Both the position numbers and the translations under genes were made by a program. Of a DNA stretch of 64,000 bases, positions 48,255 to 58,818 are shown piece after piece. Origin of the DNA: Bradymonadia bacterium (GTDB taxonomy: Bacteria; Myxococcota_A; Bradymonadia; UBA7976; UBA1532); assembly GCA_046290225.1 (NCBI GenBank), contig JBKAGE010000072.1, positions 35,764 through 99,763 of the forward strand. Reading direction: 5' to 3'. The notes under the pieces are model-generated. The model was not told the origin of the DNA. It searched no databases and saw nothing but the letters and a program-made list of their open reading frames with translations. Position 1 is the first letter of the stretch. The number at the start of each line of letters is the position of its first letter.

Positions 48255-51200
48255 CTACTGATCGCTGTTGTTGATCAAACGCTGCTCCCCGTCTTGCACG
48301 GGGGTGTTACGCACATTGTTCCCCACCTCGAAGATATCCACGAAGCGTACCGCGATATCAGCGATCGTCGACTCACCCAGCGTGAGCACCGTGGGCACTG
48401 TCGATGACGCCCTCAGCGCACGATCAATGACCTCGCCGCCGGGCAGGTCCTGCGTGATCACTACGCCGATGGCATCTTCAGGGCCATCCTCGTTGGCCAG
48501 CCCTCGACGCACGATCAACTGGGCGTAGTTGTACTCCACATCCAGATCAGTGAGGTTCGAGCGGATGACGTTCACCCCAGCAGCGGTGCCGACGACGAGA
48601 TCGAGATCACCGTCTGCGTCGACATCGACCATCTCCAGGGCGCGGACCGCGCCAAAGGGCACCAGGCCCAGGCTCGGGTTGTCGGCCTGCTCATATTCGA
48701 TGGCGCCCCCCTCGCCCACACGCTGGTAGTACAGCTGAGCCCCAGCATCGCCATAGACGATGAAGTCATCGCGAGTGTCGCCATCGATGTCACCGAAGGT
48801 CGACGCCCGAGCACCACCAGGACGCTCGACGCCGAACAGGCTGGACACCCACTCCGTGCCGAGGTTGTCGCTGGCGTACAGCTGGAACTGGCTGTCTTCG
48901 AGCAAGAGGCCATCGAGATCACCATCTCGATCGACGTCGAAGATGTTCATGTGGGTGCCATCTCGATCAGCAAACCCGGTGCTGTCGGGATCCAACTCGG
49001 CGAAGATCACATTGTCCTGCCCACGCCAGAGGCTGGTCCCTGTACCCGTGCCAACGATGTCCAGGATACCGTCACGGTTGAAGTCCACGATCTCGATGCT
49101 GGTGGCGTCGGTGAGGCCCACGATGCCCGCATCACCGAGCGGGGTGCTGAAAAAGGTCCCATCGACGAGTTGCTGGTAGATGGCGCTGTCGGCCCCTGCA
49201 ACAAAGACCACATCGAGACGGCGATCCCGGTTCAGATCAGCGAAGGCCACATCGGTCGCTGGTGAATTGGTGAAGCCGATGTTGGGCACCTCGGCAAAGG
49301 CCCCACCGCCAATGCCGAGCAACAGCGCGTTGTCACCATCAGGGCTGGCGATGACGAGGTCGATCAGACCATCACTGTTGATGTCGCCCAGATCAGCCCC
49401 GGAGACCACACCATCAGGTAGGCCGGCCTGCTCTGCAGTGAGGGCGGTGTAGCGCCCCGTTGCGCCGAGCAGGTAGACCGCAGGGATACCGCCCACATCT
49501 TGTGGCAGCGCGACGATGTCGGGTCGACCGTCACCGTTGAGATCAGCCACCCCCACCCAGCCTACGCCGCTGGCGACATCGAGGCCGTTGAAGACAGGAT
49601 CGATGGGCGCAAACTGACGCACGCGCACATTGAGCGACTGCACCGCACTGATGTTGCCCGCCAGATCGGTGGCCAGGACTTCGAGCGAAGCCTCACCGGC
49701 ACCATCAGGGGCAAGCACCAGATCCTCATAGGTCCAGGTGCCCGCCTCGGCATCATAGTCGGCGATCACCGACTGGCCACTCTCGATCTCGTTGACCCGT
49801 ACCTCCACCACACCGCTGCCGCTGAAGCCATCGGTGACAGTGCCGGCGAGATCGACCAGGGCGTCGACGTTCTGCAGCGGTACTGGGTGAGCGATGGTCA
49901 CTGTGGGCGCGATCTCGTCCTGCAGCACCTCGAAGTTGATCTCATGACGCAGCCCCACCGTGTCGACGGCGACAACCTGCACCTGGTTGAGGGCACCGCG
50001 GTTGAGGCTGACACTCCCGCGCACCAGCGTCTCGCCCGTGTCGGGGTTGAACGACGACTCGGGGAAAGGCAGGCCGTTGAGGGTGACCGAGGCCAGCCCC
50101 GAGCCCGTCTCGAGCACGACGGCTTCGACGAAGACCTGTGCTTCCCTGACGATACGCGCATCTTCGAGAGGGGCCCGCAGCGCGATGACGGGCGGGGTGC
50201 TGTCGACGATGAAGTTCACGGTCTCTCGGGCCTCGTTCCCGAGCGTATCCGTGGACACGAGGGTCACGGCGTTGGGCCCTTCCACGGCCTCGATGTCGAC
50301 CTCATAGCGGGTCAGGTTGCCCGTGCCGTCATCTTGAAGCGGCACGATCTCACCGTTGAAGGTGAGCGCGTCGTTCCCCAAGCCAGCACAGTTCACGTCG
50401 AAGGTGCGGCCAGAGATCGTGATGACGCCCACTGCACCATTGACGAAGGTGTCGGGCAGCGGGCTGTCGATGAACAGGTTGGGCTCGGTGCGATCCACGT
50501 TGACGGTAATGACGTCTTCACCCCGCAAGAAACCGAAGTTGTCTGCATTGACGCGGATCGGCAGGTTGCTGCCCTCTTGCAGGGCGATGTCGGCACAGAA
50601 CGAGCCGTCGAAGCCCAGCTGAGCCGGGGCGTTGTTCACCCGCAATGTGAGCACGCCGCTCTCGTCATCTGTGGCTCGACCACACACCTCCACTGGATCC
50701 GCCGCGATGCAGTCATCCTGTCGAGGACGATCGATGACAATGTTGGGTGGTGTGTCGTCGAAGAGCACGTTGATGCGCTCGGTGGTCTGTCGGTTGGCCT
50801 GGTTGGTGGCCACAGCTGTGATTGTGTGGTTGCCGGCGCCTGGCAGGTTCACCACAGCGGTGTACCGGTCCAGCTCTGCATCGTAAATCGCTTCGACCTC
50901 GGCGAGATCTTCCACCTGCACCGTCACCCCGGTGACAAAGGGCCGCGCCTCGCAGACGACTGTCACTTGGTTGTTCTGCAACACCTCGCCGTTGTCAGGC
51001 TCGAGGATCGTCAGGGTGGGTGGTGAAGTGTCGACCCGCACCCGACGGTTCTCACGTGCCTCGTTGCCGGCGCTGTCCGTGGCGATGAGTATGAGATCGT
51101 TGTCGCCTTCGAACAGCATGATCTCCTGGCTGAAGCGCCCTTCTTCATCGGGCACGATGACTTGCTCGGCCCGTTGCTGAGTGTTGACGTCTACGATTGC

Positions 51201-52298
51201 CAGGCCGACTTGCACACCCTGTGCGCCCAGGTTGTCACTCACCGAGCCGGTGAGCTGGGCGGTCTCTTCCGCGAGCACGACATCGCGCACGGGGGAATCG
51301 ATCTGGAGGACGGGATCTTCCAAGTCGAGGGTGAGGGTGACGGAGACGGGGGGCTCGGTCTGGTTGCCAGCACGGTCGACAGCGGTCAGCTGCAGGGTGT
51401 TCTCGCCTGCGTTGAGGCTGAGCCTGACCGTGTACTCGTTGGGCTGATCTCCTGGTGCCACAGCGTTGATGCGCAGCGGATCCCCATTGAGCGTGCCCTG
51501 GATCGAGCCGATCCCCACCAAACCGGCAAGGGGGTCGATGGCGTCGAAGACCACCTCGAAGTTCCGGCTTCTGGTGGGGGCTGATCCGCCCTCAGGGACT
51601 CGAATGATCAGCTCGGGCCCAGTGCGATCGACCACCAGGTCGAGCGTGTCCTCGCAGGACAACTCGCCGTCGCTGCCACTCAAGGTGACGGTGCGGGCCC
51701 CCTCGTCGAGGGGCAGCATCACCGTAGCCACGCCCTCGTCGTCGAGGGTGACGGGCATGTCGTCGAGGGTGACGGCCAATGCTTCGGGGGCGGTATCGGC
51801 GTCAGTGACCTGAATCCGAATCTCGGCCTCTGCTGTGGACACCAGGGTGCCTGGCCCCGGCGACAGGATGTTGCACACTGGGCGCTGAGGCTCGACGACC
51901 ATCATGTCGACCATCATGTCGGGCTCGGCGTCGGGCATCATGTCAGGCTCGGCGTCGGCGCCCATGTCGGGCATCTCGCCGCCCATGCCGCCGACGTCAC
52001 CGCCCATACCGCCCATGCCACCCATCGCCTCAGCGTCGATGGACATGTCGGGCTCACCGCCGCCAGCGCCGCCATTGCCTGCGTTCCCGCCGCTGCCACC
52101 GGCGCTGCTGGTCACGCACACGCCATCGCTGCAGACACCTACAGCGCAGTCGTTCGTGGAGGCGCAATCAGGGTCGAGCAGCAGGCTACAGCCTGGGGCT
52201 GTGAGCAACACCACTGCCCAGGGCCAGAGGACGCGGCCGAGCCGCCCGACCTTTTCGATCATGTGGGTACCGCCCATGCTCACATTCATCATCCACAT
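48255..52298 (-). CDS. giant secreted FG-GAP/VCBS-repeat protein with Ig-like domains, lipoprotein signal
   Basis: Repeated DxNxDGxxD(I/L)V calcium-binding FG-GAP motifs (DLNGDGRPDIV, DINSDGLIDLV, DFNRDGILDIV, DVDRDGDLDGLLL, DVDADGDLDLV). Multiple beta-sandwich repeats. N-terminus with lipobox LLTAPGCS and a Gly/Met/Asp-rich low-complexity tract. Alternative start 52262. Confidence 0.7.
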   Translation of the reverse strand: MWMMNVSMGGTHMIEKVGRLGRVLWPWAVVLLTAPGCSLLLDPDCASTNDCAVGVCSDGVCVTSSAGGSGGNAGNGGAGGGEPDMSIDAEAMGGMGGMGGDVGGMGGEMPDMGADAEPDMMPDAEPDMMVDMMVVEPQRPVCNILSPGPGTLVSTAEAEIRIQVTDADTAPEALAVTLDDMPVTLDDEGVATVMLPLDEGARTVTLSGSDGELSCEDTLDLVVDRTGPELIIRVPEGGSAPTRSRNFEVVFDAIDPLAGLVGIGSIQGTLNGDPLRINAVAPGDQPNEYTVRLSLNAGENTLQLTAVDRAGNQTEPPVSVTLTLDLEDPVLQIDSPVRDVVLAEETAQLTGSVSDNLGAQGVQVGLAIVDVNTQQRAEQVIVPDEEGRFSQEIMLFEGDNDLILIATDSAGNEARENRRVRVDTSPPTLTILEPDNGEVLQNNQVTVVCEARPFVTGVTVQVEDLAEVEAIYDAELDRYTAVVNLPGAGNHTITAVATNQANRQTTERINVLFDDTPPNIVIDRPRQDDCIAADPVEVCGRATDDESGVLTLRVNNAPAQLGFDGSFCADIALQEGSNLPIRVNADNFGFLRGEDVITVNVDRTEPNLFIDSPLPDTFVNGAVGVITISGRTFDVNCAGLGNDALTFNGEIVPLQDDGTGNLTRYEVDIEAVEGPNAVTLVSTDTLGNEARETVNFIVDSTPPVIALRAPLEDARIVREAQVFVEAVVLETGSGLASVTLNGLPFPESSFNPDTGETLVRGSVSLNRGALNQVQVVAVDTVGLRHEINFEVLQDEIAPTVTIAHPVPLQNVDALVDLAGTVTDGFSGSGVVEVRVNEIESGQSVIADYDAEAGTWTYEDLVLAPDGAGEASLEVLATDLAGNISAVQSLNVRVRQFAPIDPVFNGLDVASGVGWVGVADLNGDGRPDIVALPQDVGGIPAVYLLGATGRYTALTAEQAGLPDGVVSGADLGDINSDGLIDLVIASPDGDNALLLGIGGGAFAEVPNIGFTNSPATDVAFADLNRDRRLDVVFVAGADSAIYQQLVDGTFFSTPLGDAGIVGLTDATSIEIVDFNRDGILDIVGTGTGTSLWRGQDNVIFAELDPDSTGFADRDGTHMNIFDVDRDGDLDGLLLEDSQFQLYASDNLGTEWVSSLFGVERPGGARASTFGDIDGDTRDDFIVYGDAGAQLYYQRVGEGGAIEYEQADNPSLGLVPFGAVRALEMVDVDADGDLDLVVGTAAGVNVIRSNLTDLDVEYNYAQLIVRRGLANEDGPEDAIGVVITQDLPGGEVIDRALRASSTVPTVLTLGESTIADIAVRFVDIFEVGNNVRNTPVQDGEQRLINNSDQ

Positions 52299-52301
52299 GC
52301 C

Positions 52302-53702
52302 TCAGAACTCGATCCGGCCAAAGGCGCTGAAGCCACCATCAGGCGTAGGCGCCACGCCCCAGCTGGTCCCGGAGGCGGCCTGCTGTGGATCGTCGGCGAG
52401 CAGGTAGAGGGTCAACCCGGTACCCGCCACAGCAGCACCGCTGAAGAGCAGAATGTCGGTGAAGAGGGCCTGACTGCGCACGCTGTCGGCGAGTTCGGAC
52501 TCTTCGGGGGTGCCTGCACACCGGCTGGCGCGACAGTCATCGAGCTCACCGCTCTTGCCCAGGGCCAGCACACCGACCACGGCCCCGCCGACGATCAACG
52601 CGCCGCCGCTGCCCATCAAGATCCAGCCCCAGTCTTCCTGATCGTACCCCTCACCTCCGAGGGCACCGAGGTTGATGATGGCCCGTGTGGTCTGGCCCGC
52701 AGCGACGTCAACCGCCCTTTGCTGGCTGCGGCCGTCGGGGGCGATGGCCTCCACCTTGTGCGGGCCACCCGGCAGCTTCAGAGGCTCGGCGAGGGGTGCA
52801 GTGCCCACAGGGTTGCCGTCGACCTTGATCTCGGCCCCCGCCGCATCGACGGCCACCTCGAGGGTGCCCAGAGCGGACAACGGGACCAGCTTGACCTTGA
52901 GCGGCAGCGGCTGCTGAACGTGGCTGTCATCGAGGGTGATGGTCTCGGTGACCTCGAGATGGTCTTTCAGGCTGAGCACCACCGTGTGCTGACCCGCTGC
53001 AGCGGTGTGCGCCACAGGGGTCTGCCCAATCTCGACGCCATCGACTTTCACTGTGGCACCAGAGGGCGCGGTCTGAATCTGGACCACGGGCCCCTGTGGT
53101 TTGAGGGCCACCTCAAGAGGGGTGACCGCCCGAACACGAACGTCGACGGGCACCGCTTCCTGGGTGTAGCCATCTGCGGTGAAGCGCAGGGTATGGCGAC
53201 CCGCTGGCAAAGCGACATCAGCAGGAGTGATCCCGCGGGGGCGCTCATTGGGATCGTCCAACCTCACCTCGGCCCCTGGCGGGTTGCTGGTGATGCGCAC
53301 CACCCCCCAGCCGGACTTCATGGTGGTGAGCAAGGCCCGCACCCGCTGCTTGACCGCCTCTGCCTTGGCTACAGGAGGCCCCGCGGCGACGAACTGCTTG
53401 TAGTAGTTCACCGCATCAGGCAGGCGGCCCATGGCCTCGTACACCTGACCGATGTTGAGCAACATCACCGGGTGAGGCTTGATGGCGTTGGCCTTCTCGA
53501 AGGCCGTGAGGGCGGCGTCGTAGTTCTTCGCTTTGAATTGAGTGCGCCCTTCAGCGAACAACACCTTGGCCTGCTCCTTGGCATCGTCGGCGCTGGCGAC
53601 ACCAGCAAATCCTGCCAAAGCGAGCACCAGCCACAAGCTGATCAAACGACGCAGCACACAACGGCCACGTGGACCAGAGTTGGTCACGGCGTGATGAATC
53701 AC
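52302..53702 (-). CDS. TPR + PEGA-domain protein with C-terminal TM anchor
   Basis: Signal peptide. TPR-like N-terminus. Three PEGA-like segments (PPGAEVRLD, PSGATVKVDG, AGAEIKVDG). C-terminal hydrophobic helix. Confidence 0.6.
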   Translation of the reverse strand: MIHHAVTNSGPRGRCVLRRLISLWLVLALAGFAGVASADDAKEQAKVLFAEGRTQFKAKNYDAALTAFEKANAIKPHPVMLLNIGQVYEAMGRLPDAVNYYKQFVAAGPPVAKAEAVKQRVRALLTTMKSGWGVVRITSNPPGAEVRLDDPNERPRGITPADVALPAGRHTLRFTADGYTQEAVPVDVRVRAVTPLEVALKPQGPVVQIQTAPSGATVKVDGVEIGQTPVAHTAAAGQHTVVLSLKDHLEVTETITLDDSHVQQPLPLKVKLVPLSALGTLEVAVDAAGAEIKVDGNPVGTAPLAEPLKLPGGPHKVEAIAPDGRSQQRAVDVAAGQTTRAIINLGALGGEGYDQEDWGWILMGSGGALIVGGAVVGVLALGKSGELDDCRASRCAGTPEESELADSVRSQALFTDILLFSGAAVAGTGLTLYLLADDPQQAASGTSWGVAPTPDGGFSAFGRIEF

Positions 53703-53795
53703 CAGTCAACCTCACACATTTCATTCCGGCATGCCGGGCATTGAACAGGAAGATAACCCCCTATCGGGGGCTTGTGCCAGCAGCCTGAGTCACCC

Positions 53796-56543
53796 TCAGT
53801 CGTAGGGGTTGTCCAGATCACCAGTGGAAGGGGGGGTCACGGGGGGCTTACGACCCCGGCTGGTGCGCCCGCGGCGGGTGTTTCGGCGGGTTCGGGGCGC
53901 AGCCTTTTCAGGGCCGGGCTCAGGTGTCGGCACCACCACGGGGGCCGTCGACTCGAGGATCACCTCGCGAATCACGATGGATCCCGCGGTCACCTTCACC
54001 TTGAGCGGATCAACGCGGTGGGTCGTCGGCAGATGCCCGTCGAGCTGAAGCTCGTACACCATCGGCCCCTCACGGACAAACTCGCGCTCGTAGGGGGTGG
54101 TGGCGATCTCGGCGCCGTTCACTTTCACGATGGCCCCAGCCGGATCAGTCACCAGACGCATCTTGAAGGGGGTGTCGAGCAACCTGCCCAGCTCTTCTTC
54201 CTGAAGCATCTGCTCAGTGCGCTTCACGATGGCGGGCTTGAACGAGTCTTCTGTGGCCTTCGGGTCTTTCGCCTGCTCTGGTGTGCCTGGCTGAGCCCCA
54301 GCAGCAGCCGACTTGGGATCAGCCTGCTCTCCCTTCGGCGTATTCTTCTGGGCACCGTTCAGTGCCCCCTTCTGCGCCCCAGCCTTCGATGTGGCAGCTT
54401 CAGGGGCCACAGGCGTGTTCGACTTCGTCGGCTTGTTTGGCTTCGCACCAGCGGCGCCTGCGGCCTTCGGCCCCTTCACGGGCTTTGTCGGCGTCTTCAG
54501 GTCTGCCTTGGGCGGCTTTCGGTTCGCACCCGTACGCTTTGTCGTCGTGGACAAGGACCAGGGCGCCCAGAGCACAACCCCAACGGCGAGCACGACCAGC
54601 AACAACCCGCCACCAGCGAGCATCATCAGTCGCTTGCGATCGCCACCAGAGGCCTTGGGGGCTGGCGGTGGTGCTTCTGCCTCCTCTTGAGGCGCTTCTG
54701 GCGCAGCAGAAGGCTCTGGGGGAGGTGTCACCAGCGGCACATCGCCCACCACGAGGGGCGCGGCGCCGTTGATGCCCTCGGTCACCGACAGCTCTTCGCT
54801 GATGGCGTCGAGGATGGAGTCGGTGTCGAGCGCGCTCTCCTGAGCCTCAGCCCGAGCGATGGCCGCAGCCACCTGGCTGGGATCGATGGGGGCCGTGGCA
54901 GGGTGATGATCTCGAGCAGGCGGTCGATGGGCTTCTGGTGGAGGCGGCGGAGGGCCGCCACTCTCGGAGAGATCCATGTCGCCGAAGAGATCATCCTCGT
55001 CGAGGACACCCGTGAGTGCCTCTACGTTCATCGTACGCGTGCTGTCGGGATCTTCCTGTTGTGCTGCATCAGGCAACGCGTTGAGGTCGACCGAATGCAC
55101 GGGCGGTGGTGTGCCTGCTGCTGCGGCAATGGCTGCAGCAAGATCGGCAGAATCATGGGTGCCGGTCATCAAGATCGCAGGAGACTCTGGCACTGGGGAC
55201 GTGTGCGCTGACGCCGACCCGTTCGCAGGGGGATCCGGCTCGAGCAGCTCGTGCACCGAGAGGTCGTGCACCGAGTCCCCTGGCAGATCGGACAGGATCG
55301 ACTCCAAGGCGTCTTGCCCGAACGGCGAAGGTGAGTCTTCAGGCGTCAGATGTGCTGCCGATGAGCCATTGGAGGCCAGGCTGCCCAATGAAGCAGCGAG
55401 CCATTGCGGGTCATCCAGCCTCGGGCCTCTGGGCTGGCTGGGCACCACAGCCTGCATGCCACCCGAAGATGTCAGTGATGGCTGAGGTGTGCCGTTGACC
55501 TGCGCACCATGATGCCCGTTCACCCTGGCCTGCGGGCGGGGCATCGCTGGAGCGGACTTCACCTGAAACAAAGCCCGGGCGAGGGCCCGCACGTCAGGGA
55601 AGCGCTGGGCAGGATCATCAGACAAGCAACGCTCGATGATCTGCATCAACTCGGACTGGCCCCAGCCATTGTCTGCCCGCGGTACGGGCACAGGCGCCTG
55701 AGCGCGCATGGCAGAGATGAGGGCAGCGTCATCGATGTCGTCAAAGGGCTGCACACCGGTGAGCAGCTGCTGGGCCATCAACCCGATGGAGAACTGATCG
55801 CTCAGAGGACCCGCGGCCTCCTGTCGCGCCATCTCAGGGGCAAAGTACCGGGGCGTGCCCAGGTTCAGACGCTCTTCGAGCTGCCCTTCGCGCATCAGAG
55901 TCTCTGGCAGCGCGTCGGTGACCTTGACGAAGTCGCCATCGTTCTCGAGGTCGATGAGGAAGACGTTCGCCGGACTCAAATGCCCATGAGGTCGCTCCAT
56001 TTGATGGAGCGGAGACAAGGCACTGCACACCTGAGCCATCAACCGGGCGACGCGTTGTGGATCTTGTGGGCCTTCGCGCTCGACGAGCTGAGCGAGGGTC
56101 ATGCCCTCGAGCATCTCGGAGACGACATAGACTCTGCCATCATCGCCCTGAGCGGCCTCGTTGAGGGCGCAGAGCTTGAGATGATGAATCTGGGTGAGCT
56201 GCCGGGCGCCATCGATGATGGCCCGACCAAAGGCCTGTGAGACCTCAGAGTTGAAGATCTTCAACGCCACCCGCGTGCCCGTGTGCTCGTCCGATGCGCA
56301 GTAGACACTGCTGCACGGACCGTCACCGAGATGTGCGGAGATCAGGTAACGCTCGGCAAACCGCTCACCGGCACCGAGTACGGAAGATCCTGCGCTCATC
56401 CCTTGGGTGACGGGCTCATCGCTCAGACCTGAGCCACACTGCATACAGCGTGTGAGCTCGGCTGGATTGAGCGCGCCACATTGGGGGCACGTCCTCATAT
56501 GGGGGCTCGCCTCATGCTGTGATGAACCGATGCTTTGACTCAT
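53796..56543 (-). CDS. serine/threonine protein kinase with N-terminal zinc-ribbon, TM segment and C-terminal PEGA domain
   Basis: Zinc ribbon CPQCGALNPAELTRCMQCG. Hanks kinase subdomains (VALKIF, HGHLSPANVFL, DFV). Pro/Ala-rich linker. TM helix LMMLAGGGLLLVVLAVGVVLWAPW. Lys-rich region. PEGA-like RLVTDPAGAIVKVNG. Confidence 0.8.
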   Translation of the reverse strand: MSQSIGSSQHEASPHMRTCPQCGALNPAELTRCMQCGSGLSDEPVTQGMSAGSSVLGAGERFAERYLISAHLGDGPCSSVYCASDEHTGTRVALKIFNSEVSQAFGRAIIDGARQLTQIHHLKLCALNEAAQGDDGRVYVVSEMLEGMTLAQLVEREGPQDPQRVARLMAQVCSALSPLHQMERPHGHLSPANVFLIDLENDGDFVKVTDALPETLMREGQLEERLNLGTPRYFAPEMARQEAAGPLSDQFSIGLMAQQLLTGVQPFDDIDDAALISAMRAQAPVPVPRADNGWGQSELMQIIERCLSDDPAQRFPDVRALARALFQVKSAPAMPRPQARVNGHHGAQVNGTPQPSLTSSGGMQAVVPSQPRGPRLDDPQWLAASLGSLASNGSSAAHLTPEDSPSPFGQDALESILSDLPGDSVHDLSVHELLEPDPPANGSASAHTSPVPESPAILMTGTHDSADLAAAIAAAAGTPPPVHSVDLNALPDAAQQEDPDSTRTMNVEALTGVLDEDDLFGDMDLSESGGPPPPPPEAHRPPARDHHPATAPIDPSQVAAAIARAEAQESALDTDSILDAISEELSVTEGINGAAPLVVGDVPLVTPPPEPSAAPEAPQEEAEAPPPAPKASGGDRKRLMMLAGGGLLLVVLAVGVVLWAPWSLSTTTKRTGANRKPPKADLKTPTKPVKGPKAAGAAGAKPNKPTKSNTPVAPEAATSKAGAQKGALNGAQKNTPKGEQADPKSAAAGAQPGTPEQAKDPKATEDSFKPAIVKRTEQMLQEEELGRLLDTPFKMRLVTDPAGAIVKVNGAEIATTPYEREFVREGPMVYELQLDGHLPTTHRVDPLKVKVTAGSIVIREVILESTAPVVVPTPEPGPEKAAPRTRRNTRRGRTSRGRKPPVTPPSTGDLDNPYD

Positions 56544-56871
56544 ATAGCATCCAGACAGTGGAGGCTCAAACCCCCAAGCTGCCGTCCCTGTTGTACGCCG
56601 CTGATCGATTTATCGGCATTTCTTCAAGAAATGAAGAGGGGGGTGTGTCACCTCTGCCAGATTTCGCGGCCTATGAGCGCGATGTTTACCTCTGACTACC
56701 GTATGAGCCGATGTGCTCAATGTACAGACCGAAATGTGCACGCGGTTCGATTTGAAACACTGTCATGAACACGCTTTTGGGCCGTTTTTCGTCGCTCTTC
56801 GAAGAAAAACGCACGAAAAATGATGTGAGCCTTGACAGGGGGGGCGGATCAATGAGAAACACCGCGTCGCC

Positions 56872-56956
56872 GCGAAGGTGGCGGAATTGGTAGACGCGCT
56901 AGGTTGAGGGCCTAGTGTCCGCTTAGGACGTGGGGGTTCGACTCCCCCCCTTCGCA
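56872..56956 (+). tRNA. tRNA-Leu (anticodon GAG)
   Basis: Class II tRNA, 85 nt. Sequence GCGAAGG TG GCGG AATTGGTAGA CGCG C TAGG TTGAGGG CCTAG T GTCCGCTTAGGAC GT GGGGG TTCGACT CCCCC CCTTCGC A. Near-identical D arm, T arm and acceptor to E. coli tRNA-Leu. CCA not encoded. Confidence 0.85.
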
Positions 56957-56963
56957 CTCCTGA

Positions 56964-57000
56964 AACGGGGTTGGGCTCAGGCTCAACCCCGTTTTTTATT
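56964..57000 (+). terminator. intrinsic terminator after tRNA-Leu
   Basis: Perfect 10-bp stem AACGGGGTTG...CAACCCCGTT with a 10-nt loop, followed by TTTTTTATTT. Confidence 0.6.
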
Positions 57001-57080
57001 TCGAACCTTGGAATTGCCTTGGACGACAACTCGCCTGCCCGATGACGTCCACTTGTGATTGAAGATTGCTGCTGAGCCTT

Positions 57081-57554
57081 TGTAGGCTGTCATCGCTGCG
57101 CTCTGCCTGCGTAGGCACCCGGTCTTCGGCAACCCTTCGGGCCGCCTCGTCGGTCGCGTACACGTCGGCGGGCTCGCTGTCGCGAGCAGGCCTCCGGGTA
57201 GGCAGGGTCGCTCAATGCTGACGCATTGATTGCTCGCTCCCCTGCGTAAAAAGTCAGTTCTGGTGTGGCTTTGGGGGTACTTTCAACGCTATTGGGGCTT
57301 ACGCCGAACGTTTGATGTTCAGAAGCTTGTACGTTCGCGGCAGGTCGAGTGCCGGCAGACATCAGCAACAAGATACAGAAGAAGCTCTTTACGCAGGGGA
57401 GCGAGCGAATAAGGCGAAGCCTTGAGCGACCCTGCTTACCCGGAGGCCTGCTCGCTTCAGCGAGCGTGGCGACGTGTACGCAGCTCCAAGGCGGGCCGAA
57501 GGCCGGCCGTCGGCAGCTGCCTACGCAGGCGGAGCGCAGCGACGACTGCCTACA
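57081..57554. repeat. MITE-like long-hairpin repeat element, copy B
   Basis: Same family as 40311-40848 (GTAGGCTGTCATCGCTGCGCTCTGCCTGCGTAGGC... and its reverse complement). Shorter variant lacking ~20 bp at each end. Lies between the tRNA-Leu terminator and the secG 3' end. Confidence 0.75.
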
Positions 57555-57662
57555 AGGGCCCATCGCACAGGCTCGACCTCAGCTCTCGTATGGAGGTCAG
57601 CACCAGAGACAAACACCTATGGCCCAAGCGCTATACATGAAGATTTTTGGAAGAGCCCAATA

Positions 57663-58048
57663 TCAGGGCTTGGGTGCCTCAGCAGGCTTCTCGGCGGGCT
57701 TCTCAGCGGCCTTCTCCGCCTCAGCAGCAGCCTTGATCGCCTCGTCGGCGGCCTTCTGCTCCTTCTCCTTGTCCGCCTGAGCCTGCTTCTCTGCGGCGGC
57801 CTTGATGGCGTCGTCCACAGGGGGCGTGGAGAGCTTGGCCAGAGTCATGCTGGTGGTCATGAAGAGCACCGCGCAACCCACGGTGATCTTGCCGAGCACC
57901 GTGGCCGCAGCCCGCTGACCGAGGGCAGCGCCAGCGCCACCACCGAAGGCGGCGCTCACGCCGCCGCCCTTACCAGCCTGCAACAACACCACCAGGATGA
58001 TGAAAATCGAAACAATGATGTGCAGAACCGTGACGATGGATTCAAACA

Positions 58049-58049
<1 letters not shown>
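57663..58049 (-). CDS. secG: preprotein translocase subunit SecG
   Basis: MFESIVTVLHIIVSIFIILVVLLQAGKGGG... then a second TM helix and a Lys/Ala/Glu-rich tail. Last gene of the gap-pgk-tpiA-secG cluster. Confidence 0.85.
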
Positions 58050-58816
<767 letters not shown>

Positions 58817-58818
58817 GA

